This document shows positions 51,019-60,206 of a stretch of 64,000 bases of DNA, one piece after another. The stretch is from contig JBHLOY010000004.1 of the NCBI GenBank assembly GCA_048939995.1, positions 192,001 to 256,000 on the forward strand, written 5' to 3'. Source of the stretch: Promethearchaeota archaeon. Lineage in GTDB: Archaea > Asgardarchaeota > Lokiarchaeia > Sigyniarchaeales > SOKP01. How positions within the stretch are numbered: the stretch's first letter is position 1; every line of letters starts with the position of its first letter. The translations under genes were made by a program, and so were the position numbers. The notes under the pieces were generated by a model. That model made no database searches. It worked only from the letters and a program-made list of their open reading frames with translations, and was not told the origin of the DNA.

Positions 51019-52317
51019 GTACAGAAGGTAATAAATGTATGTTCAAGAGTTGAAGGCCATGGGAAAGTAAATTATTTCATACAAAATGAGCATATTGACC
51101 ATGTTGAATTCGAAATTTCTGCATTTAGGGGATTCGAAAACATTTTAATAGGTAAGAAATTAAGTGATATCCCTAAGATTGTTTCACGAATTTGCGGTCT
51201 ATGTCATGCTTCCCAAACAATTGCTAGTTGTAAAGCAATTGAAAAAATTTATGAAATCCAACCTAGTTCTCAAGCTACTTTACTTCGAAGATTATTAATG
51301 ACGGGAGAATTAATTAAATCTCATATTATGCATTTTTTCTTTCAAACCTTACCAGATCTTTTAGAAATTTTTCAAGTGTTTAAAAATGGAATTGATTCAT
51401 ACAATTTAATTAGATTTGATTCTCAATTGAGTACTTGCGTTTTTGATTTAATTAAAGCAGGAACTGAGTTAAATAATCTTTTTGGAGGAAGGATAATTCA
51501 TTTGATTACCCCTGTTCCCGGAGGAATGATCTACTACCCTTCAAAAAAGAAAATTCTACTTGCCCAAAAATATTTGCAGAAATCTGCTTCTAATATACAA
51601 TATGTTTTAGATCGCTTCGTTGAATTATTCTCTACTAAGAATCCTCCTTATGAATTTAATATATCGAATCTATCATATCTAGGAATGACTAATCAAGGAA
51701 AATATGATAGATATAATGGGACTCTAAGCATTATTCCTTTCAATCAGAATAGAATAAATTTTGAAATCAATGATTACGAAAACTATTTTGATAAAGACTC
51801 TTGTTTGTTTGGAATAAAATTTTTATCTGATATAAAGAATATCTTAACTGGACCTATCGCAAGATTCTTTTTAGTAAAAAATAATAATGAAATTGAAAAA
51901 AATACTATAATAAATAACTTTGATAATAATTGGAAAGAAAATCTATTACTTATGAACATTTTGCAACTATTAGAGATCTCTAATGAAATAAAGGGTAGTC
52001 TAGAGATATTAAATAAACATAGTCTAGAAATTAAAGAACCACTTCCCTCTCTTAATTCCACTTTAAATCAAGAGGGTATTGGAATGGTTGAAGCTCCACG
52101 TGGGACCCTCATACACCACTACCATTTGAATAAATCTAAGGTTATTGATAATGTTAAACTCTTTATAGCCACTGAAATTAATTTTCCCCTTTTGAATGAA
52201 AAAATTAAAAATTACGCTCAAGAGTTATACAAAAAAGAAGATTTAGAATCTCTCAATAGAAAAGTTCAAATTATGATAAGAGCTTTTGATCCATGTATCT
52301 CTTGTGCCACACATTAA
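51019..52317 (+). CDS. mvhA: Group 3 [NiFe]-hydrogenase large subunit (MvhA-like), sensor-like features
   Basis: In frame upstream of the track start: RVEGHG, RGFE, RICGLCHASQ; also EAPRG and DPCISCATH-stop; proposed GTA start after GGTGA. Confidence 0.88.
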   Translation, partial: VQKVINVCSRVEGHGKVNYFIQNEHIDHVEFEISAFRGFENILIGKKLSDIPKIVSRICGLCHASQTIASCKAIEKIYEIQPSSQATLLRRLLMTGELIKSHIMHFFFQTLPDLLEIFQVFKNGIDSYNLIRFDSQLSTCVFDLIKAGTELNNLFGGRIIHLITPVPGGMIYYPSKKKILLAQKYLQKSASNIQYVLDRFVELFSTKNPPYEFNISNLSYLGMTNQGKYDRYNGTLSIIPFNQNRINFEINDYENYFDKDSCLFGIKFLSDIKNILTGPIARFFLVKNNNEIEKNTIINNFDNNWKENLLLMNILQLLEISNEIKGSLEILNKHSLEIKEPLPSLNSTLNQEGIGMVEAPRGTLIHHYHLNKSKVIDNVKLFIATEINFPLLNEKIKNYAQELYKKEDLESLNRKVQIMIRAFDPCISCATH

Positions 52318-52337
52318 AAAGATTTAGTGTTGATCTA

Positions 52338-53351
52338 ATGAATAATATCGAAACGATTCGCAAGGATAATGTAGAACCTGTGCAACTATGTGAAATTTTC
52401 TTACTCTACTTTGATGAGGAATTTGGCCCAATGCCACTTCTTATCACTCCGGATGAATCTTTAAAAAATAATCTCGATGTTATGCGGTTAATTAGAATCC
52501 ATTCCATTTGGTTTCTTGATATAAGCGATCAGACCTCTCCTGATCGTATGGATTTAGAATATAAGGAAAAAATCTATTTTGCAAAGAAATTTTTAGTACC
52601 TTCACAGAGAGAAAAACGACGGTCAGGTTCTGAAGGAGATACTTATGAAACACTCGTTTTAATTTTAGCTTTACCAGTTGATATGGATATCTTTGGAGGA
52701 GCTCTTCTCAAAAGAATGGCTGAACGATTAACAAAGCATTTTGCATTAAAATTCACTCGCTTGATAGATTCTGAAGTGGCAAAAATGAATGCCATAAAAA
52801 CGCCTTCAACCTTAACTTTAATTCAGATCGGCGATACTATTAAAAAACGAATAAGCGTTTTAATCAAAAATACATGTGTCCAATATTTTGATGCTGTAAT
52901 CAAAAAAACGGATTCTACAACTTTCAAACTTCAAAAAGCTATATCATATTTATCGTTAAAAGGAGTCCCAATTAACTATATTGTAAGTGAAGAGGGAAAT
53001 TTAGGCTTTTCAAATGTAAAACTGTTTGAATCAAAAGTTTTAGCAAATGACACATATGGAATTCGAAATCAATTTAAGATTTTAAGCACTGATATAGATC
53101 CAGATACTCAGGAAGTTGAAATCTTAATTAAAAATCAAACAAGTAAAGAATTTAATAACATATATGCAAAAGTTATTTCTATTCAAGAATTCTTCGAAAA
53201 AGAGGTTTTACGTGAAAATATTGAAAAATGGCTTCCTGAAGAGGAATTAATTATTATTTTACCAAATATAATCTCAAATTTTGAATACTATTTTTCTATT
53301 CAAGATGTTAGTTCCAATCAGACTCTGTTTAAACAAAAACTAAGATTGTAA
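52338..53351 (+). CDS. Hypothetical protein with longin/uDENN-like N-terminus and beta-rich C-terminus
   Basis: IFLLYFDEEFGPMPLLITP resembles the first strands of NPRL2/DENN longin domains. Confidence 0.5.
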   Translation: MNNIETIRKDNVEPVQLCEIFLLYFDEEFGPMPLLITPDESLKNNLDVMRLIRIHSIWFLDISDQTSPDRMDLEYKEKIYFAKKFLVPSQREKRRSGSEGDTYETLVLILALPVDMDIFGGALLKRMAERLTKHFALKFTRLIDSEVAKMNAIKTPSTLTLIQIGDTIKKRISVLIKNTCVQYFDAVIKKTDSTTFKLQKAISYLSLKGVPINYIVSEEGNLGFSNVKLFESKVLANDTYGIRNQFKILSTDIDPDTQEVEILIKNQTSKEFNNIYAKVISIQEFFEKEVLRENIEKWLPEEELIIILPNIISNFEYYFSIQDVSSNQTLFKQKLRL

Positions 53352-53364
53352 CTTCGAAAATTTC

Positions 53365-53733
53365 TTAAAATTGAAACTCGCGATTTCTTAGTTTCGAAAC
53401 TAAATGCCCCCTACTAAGAAGTTGTATCCCAAATTGATTAGAATAGTCGCGAGCAAAATCAGTTGCGATATTGCACACCATTATTCCCCCTTCAATGTCC
53501 GGAACATCAAGGCATGCTTTATGGAGTTGTCGTAATTGAGTTATAGAGATTTCTCTTTTCCAATCTCGAATAAATATTCCATATTTTCCATATTTTCCAT
53601 CATCCACAATAGCATTGAAATCCCATAGTTTTCCGGATTTTCCTTTTAATTTTTGAGGATTATTATTATACTGAAATTTTTCAGAAAAGACTTTTTTTGC
53701 TAATTCAGCTAAAGGGGTTTCATTAAATGACAT
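53365..53733 (-). CDS. Mrr-like PD-(D/E)xK fold protein, probably inactive
   Basis: GKSGKLWDFNAIV, GGIMV, ARDYS..GIQLL. Confidence 0.65.
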   Translation of the reverse strand: MSFNETPLAELAKKVFSEKFQYNNNPQKLKGKSGKLWDFNAIVDDGKYGKYGIFIRDWKREISITQLRQLHKACLDVPDIEGGIMVCNIATDFARDYSNQFGIQLLSRGHLVSKLRNREFQF

Positions 53734-53905
53734 GAAATCACGACTCTTTTTATTTAAATAAATCGTTTACGTATTATTTAAATGTTAGTTGTATAATTCC
53801 TACTAATCATCATAAAAATATGTAATATATACATATTATGGGTGTATTTTTGAAAATCATTCGTTTATAAAGTAAGAGCTTTGAACCGACAAAAAATTTA
53901 AAAAA

Positions 53906-54769
53906 TCAATGTCGCAATTCCTTTCCTACCTTGAAATGGTTAAAGAGCTTATGTAATGGATATTCACCATTAACATCCATTCCATTCAGCTTAATAAAAT
54001 CGATCAGATTTTGCTTTAAAAATAAAATTATGCGATTAGCTATTTTGTTACATACATACTTGCAATCTAAAAAATCGTGTGGGAGTAAAGGACAAGCTCT
54101 ATTATTTTCTAGGCAGAATTTTTTCATCTGTAGTGAATAACCATCCACTAAAAGAATATTAAAATTATCCCATTTATCAATAAATCCTCCTAACCTACTT
54201 GGTGGAATACTTAGTATAGCTTGTTTTAAAATCTCAGTATTTCTACGCTCTTCAGTTGTAGAATTCAAACCTAAGCGATACCGAACCCTTTTCATTTCAG
54301 ATTTGGCTTCTAACTTACATAAAAAATTGTAGATTTCTAACAATTTTTCAGCTTGAATTGTCTTTTCTGGATCACTTATTTCCCACTCTGCTGATTTTTT
54401 ACATTTAATTACACCATTTTCTGGATTTGAGAAATTAGTAGGATATATCCAGCATTGAGGTGGTTTTATGCCAGAATTATGAACTTTACATCCATTTAGT
54501 TTATTATCAAATAGAAAACATTTTCCATTTTTATCATTAAATCTTAATTCAAATGCAAAAACATCACTTCTAGTAAAGTCTCCTGTAGTTGCGTATCTTC
54601 TGCTAATGTATTCTTCAGCTAATACTTTAGGAACATCAATCTTTATAGAGCAACAACCACCTTTACAAATATTAGGATCTGTGCAATCTGGTCCTTCAAT
54701 AGCAGATTTCATTAAACTATTGAAATTTCTAATAATAAACCAAAAGTAATTATTATTTTGATGCACCAA
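53906..54769 (-). CDS. YkgJ-family cysteine-cluster protein
   Basis: CKGGCC, KCFLF, CKVH..KPPQCWIYP. Confidence 0.72.
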   Translation of the reverse strand: MVHQNNNYFWFIIRNFNSLMKSAIEGPDCTDPNICKGGCCSIKIDVPKVLAEEYISRRYATTGDFTRSDVFAFELRFNDKNGKCFLFDNKLNGCKVHNSGIKPPQCWIYPTNFSNPENGVIKCKKSAEWEISDPEKTIQAEKLLEIYNFLCKLEAKSEMKRVRYRLGLNSTTEERRNTEILKQAILSIPPSRLGGFIDKWDNFNILLVDGYSLQMKKFCLENNRACPLLPHDFLDCKYVCNKIANRIILFLKQNLIDFIKLNGMDVNGEYPLHKLFNHFKVGKELRH

Positions 54770-54855
54770 ATTATTATAATAATCTTAACAAAATTTTTTA
54801 TTTTTTACTATAAACAGAAAAACAATTATATTCAAAAATACAAAAGGTCTAAAAT

Positions 54856-55497
54856 ATGGTTATTTTAACAATTATCTTCGAAATATTATTTATAATTAAT
54901 TTTCCTCTCTATTGGGCAATTACTTTAAAAGTTAACCGAGTAAAAATAAAAAAATATTATACAAAATTCTTTGCAATATTATGGACCTTTTTTATAATAT
55001 TTATCTTGCTTCTTACATCTAATATTATTCAATTTATTTATAAAGAGAATCTCAGTTATTTTCAAGATTTCTGGGCATGGTTTTTAATTTTGGGAATCAT
55101 TTTTACTATTGCAGGCTTTAAAATTACTTCCATAGCGCGGAAGCTATCTAAGGAAAAAGTTTCTAAACCTAAGGACTCGAAATTAACAAAATATGGGATT
55201 TATAAAATAATTAGGCATCCTAATTATCTTTCTTGGTTCTTAATATTCATAGGTTTTAGCTTTATTTTTGATTCGTTTCTAACCATCGTATTTGTGCCTA
55301 TCTTTATTATTCTATTAGAATCACATGCAATTCTAGAGGAGAAATATATCCTTATACCTTTTTATGGGAATGAATATCTCGATTACAAGAAAAAAACCCC
55401 TTTCCGCCTCGTTCCACGACCTTATAGCTACGTCTTTATAATACTTGCTGTTGTTATAGTTTATATAGGATTTTATAATTTCATTTTAAAAAATTAA
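54856..55497 (+). CDS. ICMT/PEMT-family membrane methyltransferase
   Basis: GIYKIIRHPNY, EEKY..YGNEYLDYKKKTP. Confidence 0.82.
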   Translation: MVILTIIFEILFIINFPLYWAITLKVNRVKIKKYYTKFFAILWTFFIIFILLLTSNIIQFIYKENLSYFQDFWAWFLILGIIFTIAGFKITSIARKLSKEKVSKPKDSKLTKYGIYKIIRHPNYLSWFLIFIGFSFIFDSFLTIVFVPIFIILLESHAILEEKYILIPFYGNEYLDYKKKTPFRLVPRPYSYVFIILAVVIVYIGFYNFILKN

Positions 55498-55621
55498 TTT
55501 AATCCTAAGTCAAACGTCTATATATTAGCTTTATCGTATTAAATTCTAATAAATTATAACCCAAATTATAAAATATTTACATACTATTTGAAGAATAAAG
55601 ATTAAGTGAGGGTTTGAAAAA

Positions 55622-56131
55622 ATGACTAAAAAAGTCGCAATCTTGGCAACTGATGGTTTTGAGGATGCTGAATTATTATATCCAAAATTAAGATTGGAAG
55701 AAGAAGGGATTGTTACAGAGTTGATCAGTTTACATAGAAGAGAAATCATAGGGAAACATGGATACCCATTAAAACCAGATAAATTGGTTAGAGAAGCAAA
55801 TACTCAGGATTATGATGGAGTGATAATACCTGGTGGTACTAAAAATCCTGATTATCTACGACGAGAAAAAGAAGTTTTAGATTTCGTTGCAAAAATGGAT
55901 GAACAAAAAAAACTAGTTGGTGCCGTGTGTCATGCGGGGTGGGTTTTAATTTCTGCTAAAATAATAAGAGACCGTAAAGCTACAAGTTATTTTGCAATTA
56001 GAGATGATATGATAAACGCAGGTGCCAGATTTGAAGATAAATCTGTAGTGGTTGATAACAACTTAATAACGTCTCGAAAACCAGATGATCTACCTGATTT
56101 TATGAAAGAAGTTTTGAGATTTTTAAAATAA
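55622..56131 (+). CDS. pfpI: PfpI/DJ-1 family protein
   Basis: GFEDAEL, IIPGG, AVCHAG, ITSRKPDDLPDF. Confidence 0.92.
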   Translation: MTKKVAILATDGFEDAELLYPKLRLEEEGIVTELISLHRREIIGKHGYPLKPDKLVREANTQDYDGVIIPGGTKNPDYLRREKEVLDFVAKMDEQKKLVGAVCHAGWVLISAKIIRDRKATSYFAIRDDMINAGARFEDKSVVVDNNLITSRKPDDLPDFMKEVLRFLK

Positions 56132-56152
56132 AGCTTTTTTTTAAAAATAGAT

Positions 56153-57361
56153 TTAGTTATCTTTTATTTTATTCATTTCAATTTTGATATGTTTCTGTAA
56201 CTTCTCTATTTCTTTTATTTGTTTCTGAAATAAATCAATCTTCTTATTTAGTAATTGCTCTTCTGAAATTTTATCTAATTCGATGTTTTTTTCTACTATG
56301 AGATAAGACTTAATTTGATTTAATGAAATTTCTATATTTGTTACATTTACTTTAATTCCCCGTTTATATTTCCTAAAAATCTCGACTATTGTTCTACAGT
56401 TCTCAATAAAGTTAGTCCATTGTTCTAAATCTTGGACATTCTTCAACACTTCAATTGTATCATTCATATTTTCCAGAAAGGCTAAAAAAATGTTTTTAGG
56501 ATGTATATCTATAGAAGGCTCTTTTGATTTTGGTTCCAAGTTTATATCTTCTATAATATCTTTCGTATAGGTGATAGAAATTTGGTTCATATGCTCTTTG
56601 GTTTCACTTTTAGAATCATTAAATTCTTCAATTTCATCAATATCAGTTATCAATCTTAACTCATCGAGTTCAATCTGGGTAATTAATGGCGTAAATCTTA
56701 CCGAGAGGTGTTTTTTTCCATAATAATGGTTATTAACTCTTAAAACCTGAGTATAAACCTGTATAAAATCCTCACCAATAGGGGCGAATAAAACACCATA
56801 ATTATGATCGAGTTGATCTAACAAGGGATATATTTTTTCTTGCCTAATAGCACCTGTTACTAAAATCTTTTTCCAAGGGCTCATCTCTGGTAGGCCATTT
56901 AAAGGATTCTTCACTAAAATTTGAATTTTATTGCTCAAACCATGACGTTCTAGATTTCCTTGAGTAATTTTTGCTATTCTAGAATTCGCTTCTAAAATTA
57001 CAATTTTTCCTTTTGGAGCTAGTTTATGTGCCAAAGCTGCGATATATCCACTTTTTGCCCCTAATATCAATAAGTCGTCATTTTCATTTAAGATCAAATT
57101 TTGAAGCATTATGGTAATCATATGAGGCGCTGAAACTGTCCTTAAATTTTCAGGCCGTTCCTTCTCATAGTAAAAAAGAACAGGCGCGTCATCATAGATT
57201 CTTACAGATGGTAATATTTCCTTGGGGATAAAATTATCTAGTCTTACATCTAAAAACGCTTTGAATAATCTAAGATCTTTTAGATACCCATTATATAATA
57301 ATGATAATAGTAGTTGTATTTTTGAATAGAAATTATTAGTATTTTCCATAATATCTAACAA
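56153..57361 (-). CDS. Protein-L-isoaspartate O-methyltransferase-like protein with long C-terminal extension
   Basis: TVSAPHM, GAKSGYIAA, ILVTGA, APIG, VRFTPL, then about 170 charged helical residues. Confidence 0.75.
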   Translation of the reverse strand: MLDIMENTNNFYSKIQLLLSLLYNGYLKDLRLFKAFLDVRLDNFIPKEILPSVRIYDDAPVLFYYEKERPENLRTVSAPHMITIMLQNLILNENDDLLILGAKSGYIAALAHKLAPKGKIVILEANSRIAKITQGNLERHGLSNKIQILVKNPLNGLPEMSPWKKILVTGAIRQEKIYPLLDQLDHNYGVLFAPIGEDFIQVYTQVLRVNNHYYGKKHLSVRFTPLITQIELDELRLITDIDEIEEFNDSKSETKEHMNQISITYTKDIIEDINLEPKSKEPSIDIHPKNIFLAFLENMNDTIEVLKNVQDLEQWTNFIENCRTIVEIFRKYKRGIKVNVTNIEISLNQIKSYLIVEKNIELDKISEEQLLNKKIDLFQKQIKEIEKLQKHIKIEMNKIKDN

Positions 57362-57456
57362 AATTATGATAAATCATGTTATTATATCTTTTTATAATAA
57401 TATATTTATAAAGTTATTTAACTCCACAATTCAAAAAATTCCCACACATTAAAATT

Positions 57457-58035
57457 ATGTTTGTATTATCAACTGAAGGCTTTCGAGAAGCAAGAATCAC
57501 TTTTATTTTAATCACAATTAATATTGTTTCCTTTATATCGATCAACTTTGCTCTTGAGCCGAGTATATTCCTTTTATTAGTACAAGATAACGATCGAATC
57601 ATTAACTATTATGAATTTTGGCGATTAATTTCTGCAATGTTTCTTCATAATGATATTCTCCATATATTTTCCAATATGTTTGCACTATTAATATTTGGAA
57701 CATTTATTGAATCCAACTTTTCACGAATAGCTTATATTGGTTTATATCTTATTTCAGGATTAATCGGAAATCTTTTTTCACTAATTTTACTCCCTTTAAA
57801 TACGATTAGCCTAGGAGCATCAGGTTGCATTTTTGGATTAATTGGAGCAGCTCTTGCTTTTATTATAAAACAAAAGAATAGGATCTTATTAATACTAAGT
57901 GGGATATATATTGTATATTTTATAATATCATCATTTTCACCGGGAATAAATTTTTATGCACATATTTTTGGATTATTGGGAGGTTTCTTTTTTAGCCTTT
58001 TCCTAAAAAAAAAGAAAAAAGTGGATCAATATTAA
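57457..58035 (+). CDS. Rhomboid intramembrane serine protease
   Basis: WRLISAMFLH, HIFSNM, GASG, AHIFGLLGG. Confidence 0.92.
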   Translation: MFVLSTEGFREARITFILITINIVSFISINFALEPSIFLLLVQDNDRIINYYEFWRLISAMFLHNDILHIFSNMFALLIFGTFIESNFSRIAYIGLYLISGLIGNLFSLILLPLNTISLGASGCIFGLIGAALAFIIKQKNRILLILSGIYIVYFIISSFSPGINFYAHIFGLLGGFFFSLFLKKKKKVDQY

Positions 58036-58049
58036 TAATTTGAAAGATA

Positions 58050-58721
58050 TTAGGAAGATTTGGTTTTATTACTTCTTTCCTTCTTAATTTCCATGGAAAA
58101 ATCTTTCGGACAGGATTTGTTTAATGGACAAACATTACACTTAGGATTATTAGGTAAACAACATTCCTGACCAAATCTAACGAGTAAGCGATTAATACGA
58201 ATCCATTCCCTCTTAGGAATTAATATTTTTAATTCTTTCTCAGTATCTTGAGGATTTTTAGTTTTAACCCATCCTAACCTATTACTTATCCTATGTACAT
58301 GTGTATCTACAGGAATAGCAGGAATCTTAAAGGCGTAAACTAAAACGCAATTTGCGGTTTTTGCCCCTACACCTGGGAGGGTTAATAAATCTTCGAATTT
58401 ATCTGGAACTATCCCCTTAAATTGTTCTAATAATACCTTGGAAACTTCTTTTATGCGAGTAGCTTTTACTTTATAGAAACCAGATTTAAAAATAAGCTGT
58501 TCCAATTCCACGATATCTGCGTTGGCAATTTCTTGTGGAGTATGATATCTAGCGAATAACATTTCAGTTGCTTCCTTAGTATTTGCATCTCGAGTTCTTG
58601 CCGATAGTATAGTTGATATTAAAATTTTAAAAGGATCTTGCTTTTTATTTGCTAATTCATCCAAATGAGCTTCTCCTTTAAGTGCCCCTTCTATATTATC
58701 TAAAATTTCTGTAATCTCCAT
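58050..58721 (-). CDS. nth: Endonuclease III
   Basis: [44 protein letters not shown]. Confidence 0.94.
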   Translation of the reverse strand: MEITEILDNIEGALKGEAHLDELANKKQDPFKILISTILSARTRDANTKEATEMLFARYHTPQEIANADIVELEQLIFKSGFYKVKATRIKEVSKVLLEQFKGIVPDKFEDLLTLPGVGAKTANCVLVYAFKIPAIPVDTHVHRISNRLGWVKTKNPQDTEKELKILIPKREWIRINRLLVRFGQECCLPNNPKCNVCPLNKSCPKDFSMEIKKERSNKTKSS

Positions 58722-58739
58722 ATAAAGCTCTTTTTAGGT

Positions 58740-60143
58740 TTATTTTTCAAATAAATAAATCTTCCTTTTAACGATTTGTCCTTTTTTAGCGTCAATCAAC
58801 GCTCTTGTTTGGCTTTTTTGAAATTGTAACTTTCTATTGGACTTATTAATAATCCGATTAGTATCCAATAATGGAATTAACTTAAATTTATTTTCAATTG
58901 CGATCTTTTCGATATTTATTTGAACATCTCCTCCATCCAAAGTTTCGAAAATAGGAGAAATAATACAAATTCGCCCATTATCTTTAAGAACTTTATAACT
59001 TTCCTTAAATGTACTTTCATAGATTGGCTCTAGCTTAGATTCAATTAACGTTTTAGCCTCAGTATAGTATGGTTTTTCTGTATAAAAAGGACCTAATTCT
59101 GGCTCGGTACATATTCCATCAAAAAACTTTTCTTTGAACACAACTGATAAGTTAACAATATCTGTCAAAATTATTTTATCCATTAATAAGAGTGGGGTTG
59201 GTTCTTCAAGTTCATTTAATAACCAGTTTACATTTCTAATTGTATTATTAACCTTCACTTTATCTATGTCCGAACCATAAATTTGAAAATCTTGAATTAA
59301 AGCAAACAAAAGAATAGTTCCATTTCCTACAAAAGGATCAAGGATGGTATTTTTATGCCTATTACCAAATAGATTCAAGAAATTTAGCATAATCAGTGCT
59401 AATTTTGGTGATATACTACTCTTGAATTCTTTATATGGTCTCTCTTCATCAATCTTTTTTTTAAAATTTGGATCATCACAAGTATATGTTCTAGCAATAT
59501 ATACACCTTCTTCTGTAAAGCCAAAAATAATCTCAGCTCGATCTTTATTGAATAAACCATATTTAATAATATGATGTGGAAAAATAGGATTTAATGTTCC
59601 CTTTTTAATATATTCTTCTGGATATTGATAATATAATGCTTTTTTCACGCCCTTTTCTTTTAAAATATTCATTATTTCTTTATTTAGAAAAGGTAAAAAA
59701 TGTTTTACTAATACCTTTGAGTAATATTCCTCTTCATAAAGATTTGGGTATATGGAGACTGCATAAAATATACTTTCATTCTGTATTTTAAGAAATATTT
59801 TCTCTAAGCTAGCATCTAAGACTGATATAATCTTTTCTCGAACTTTTTGAATTTTTTTGAAATTATCAATCTTTAAAGGAAACGCTTCAAATATATCATG
59901 AATATGGATGAAATCAAATATCCTTGCTACTTTTTGAGTCCCACCTAACATATATTGGAATTCCATGAGTTTATTAATATAATGCTTATCTTTATGTAAT
60001 TTCTCAAACTCAACAATGGCTATATTGGCTGAATAATCTGTAATTTTCCCCTTAAATTGGGAGTAATTCAAAACATTATCTAATTCTGCTAAAGAAAGTT
60101 GCCAATTTGATCCTAAAACTATTAAAAATTTTTCCATCATCAA
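58740..60143 (-). CDS. Trm11/Trm14-like RNA methyltransferase
   Basis: ISPKLALIMLN, ILDPFVGNGTIL, GSDID, CTEPELG. Confidence 0.75.
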   Translation of the reverse strand: MMMEKFLIVLGSNWQLSLAELDNVLNYSQFKGKITDYSANIAIVEFEKLHKDKHYINKLMEFQYMLGGTQKVARIFDFIHIHDIFEAFPLKIDNFKKIQKVREKIISVLDASLEKIFLKIQNESIFYAVSIYPNLYEEEYYSKVLVKHFLPFLNKEIMNILKEKGVKKALYYQYPEEYIKKGTLNPIFPHHIIKYGLFNKDRAEIIFGFTEEGVYIARTYTCDDPNFKKKIDEERPYKEFKSSISPKLALIMLNFLNLFGNRHKNTILDPFVGNGTILLFALIQDFQIYGSDIDKVKVNNTIRNVNWLLNELEEPTPLLLMDKIILTDIVNLSVVFKEKFFDGICTEPELGPFYTEKPYYTEAKTLIESKLEPIYESTFKESYKVLKDNGRICIISPIFETLDGGDVQINIEKIAIENKFKLIPLLDTNRIINKSNRKLQFQKSQTRALIDAKKGQIVKRKIYLFEK

Positions 60144-60206
60144 TGTAATAACATTTTAGGGTTAAAAAAGAAGGATAAGATTTCTATTTTATTTTATTAA
60201 AATAAA

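Noticed and set aside
47730-52317. Selenoprotein versions of HdrA/MvhD/MvhA
   Set aside because: No in-frame TGA at Cys-equivalent positions; all ligands present are encoded as Cys
47730-52317. Operon as a decaying pseudogene cluster
   Set aside because: Three long uninterrupted frames with intact Ni and Fe-S ligands and well-placed SD sequences; losses are confined to specific motifs
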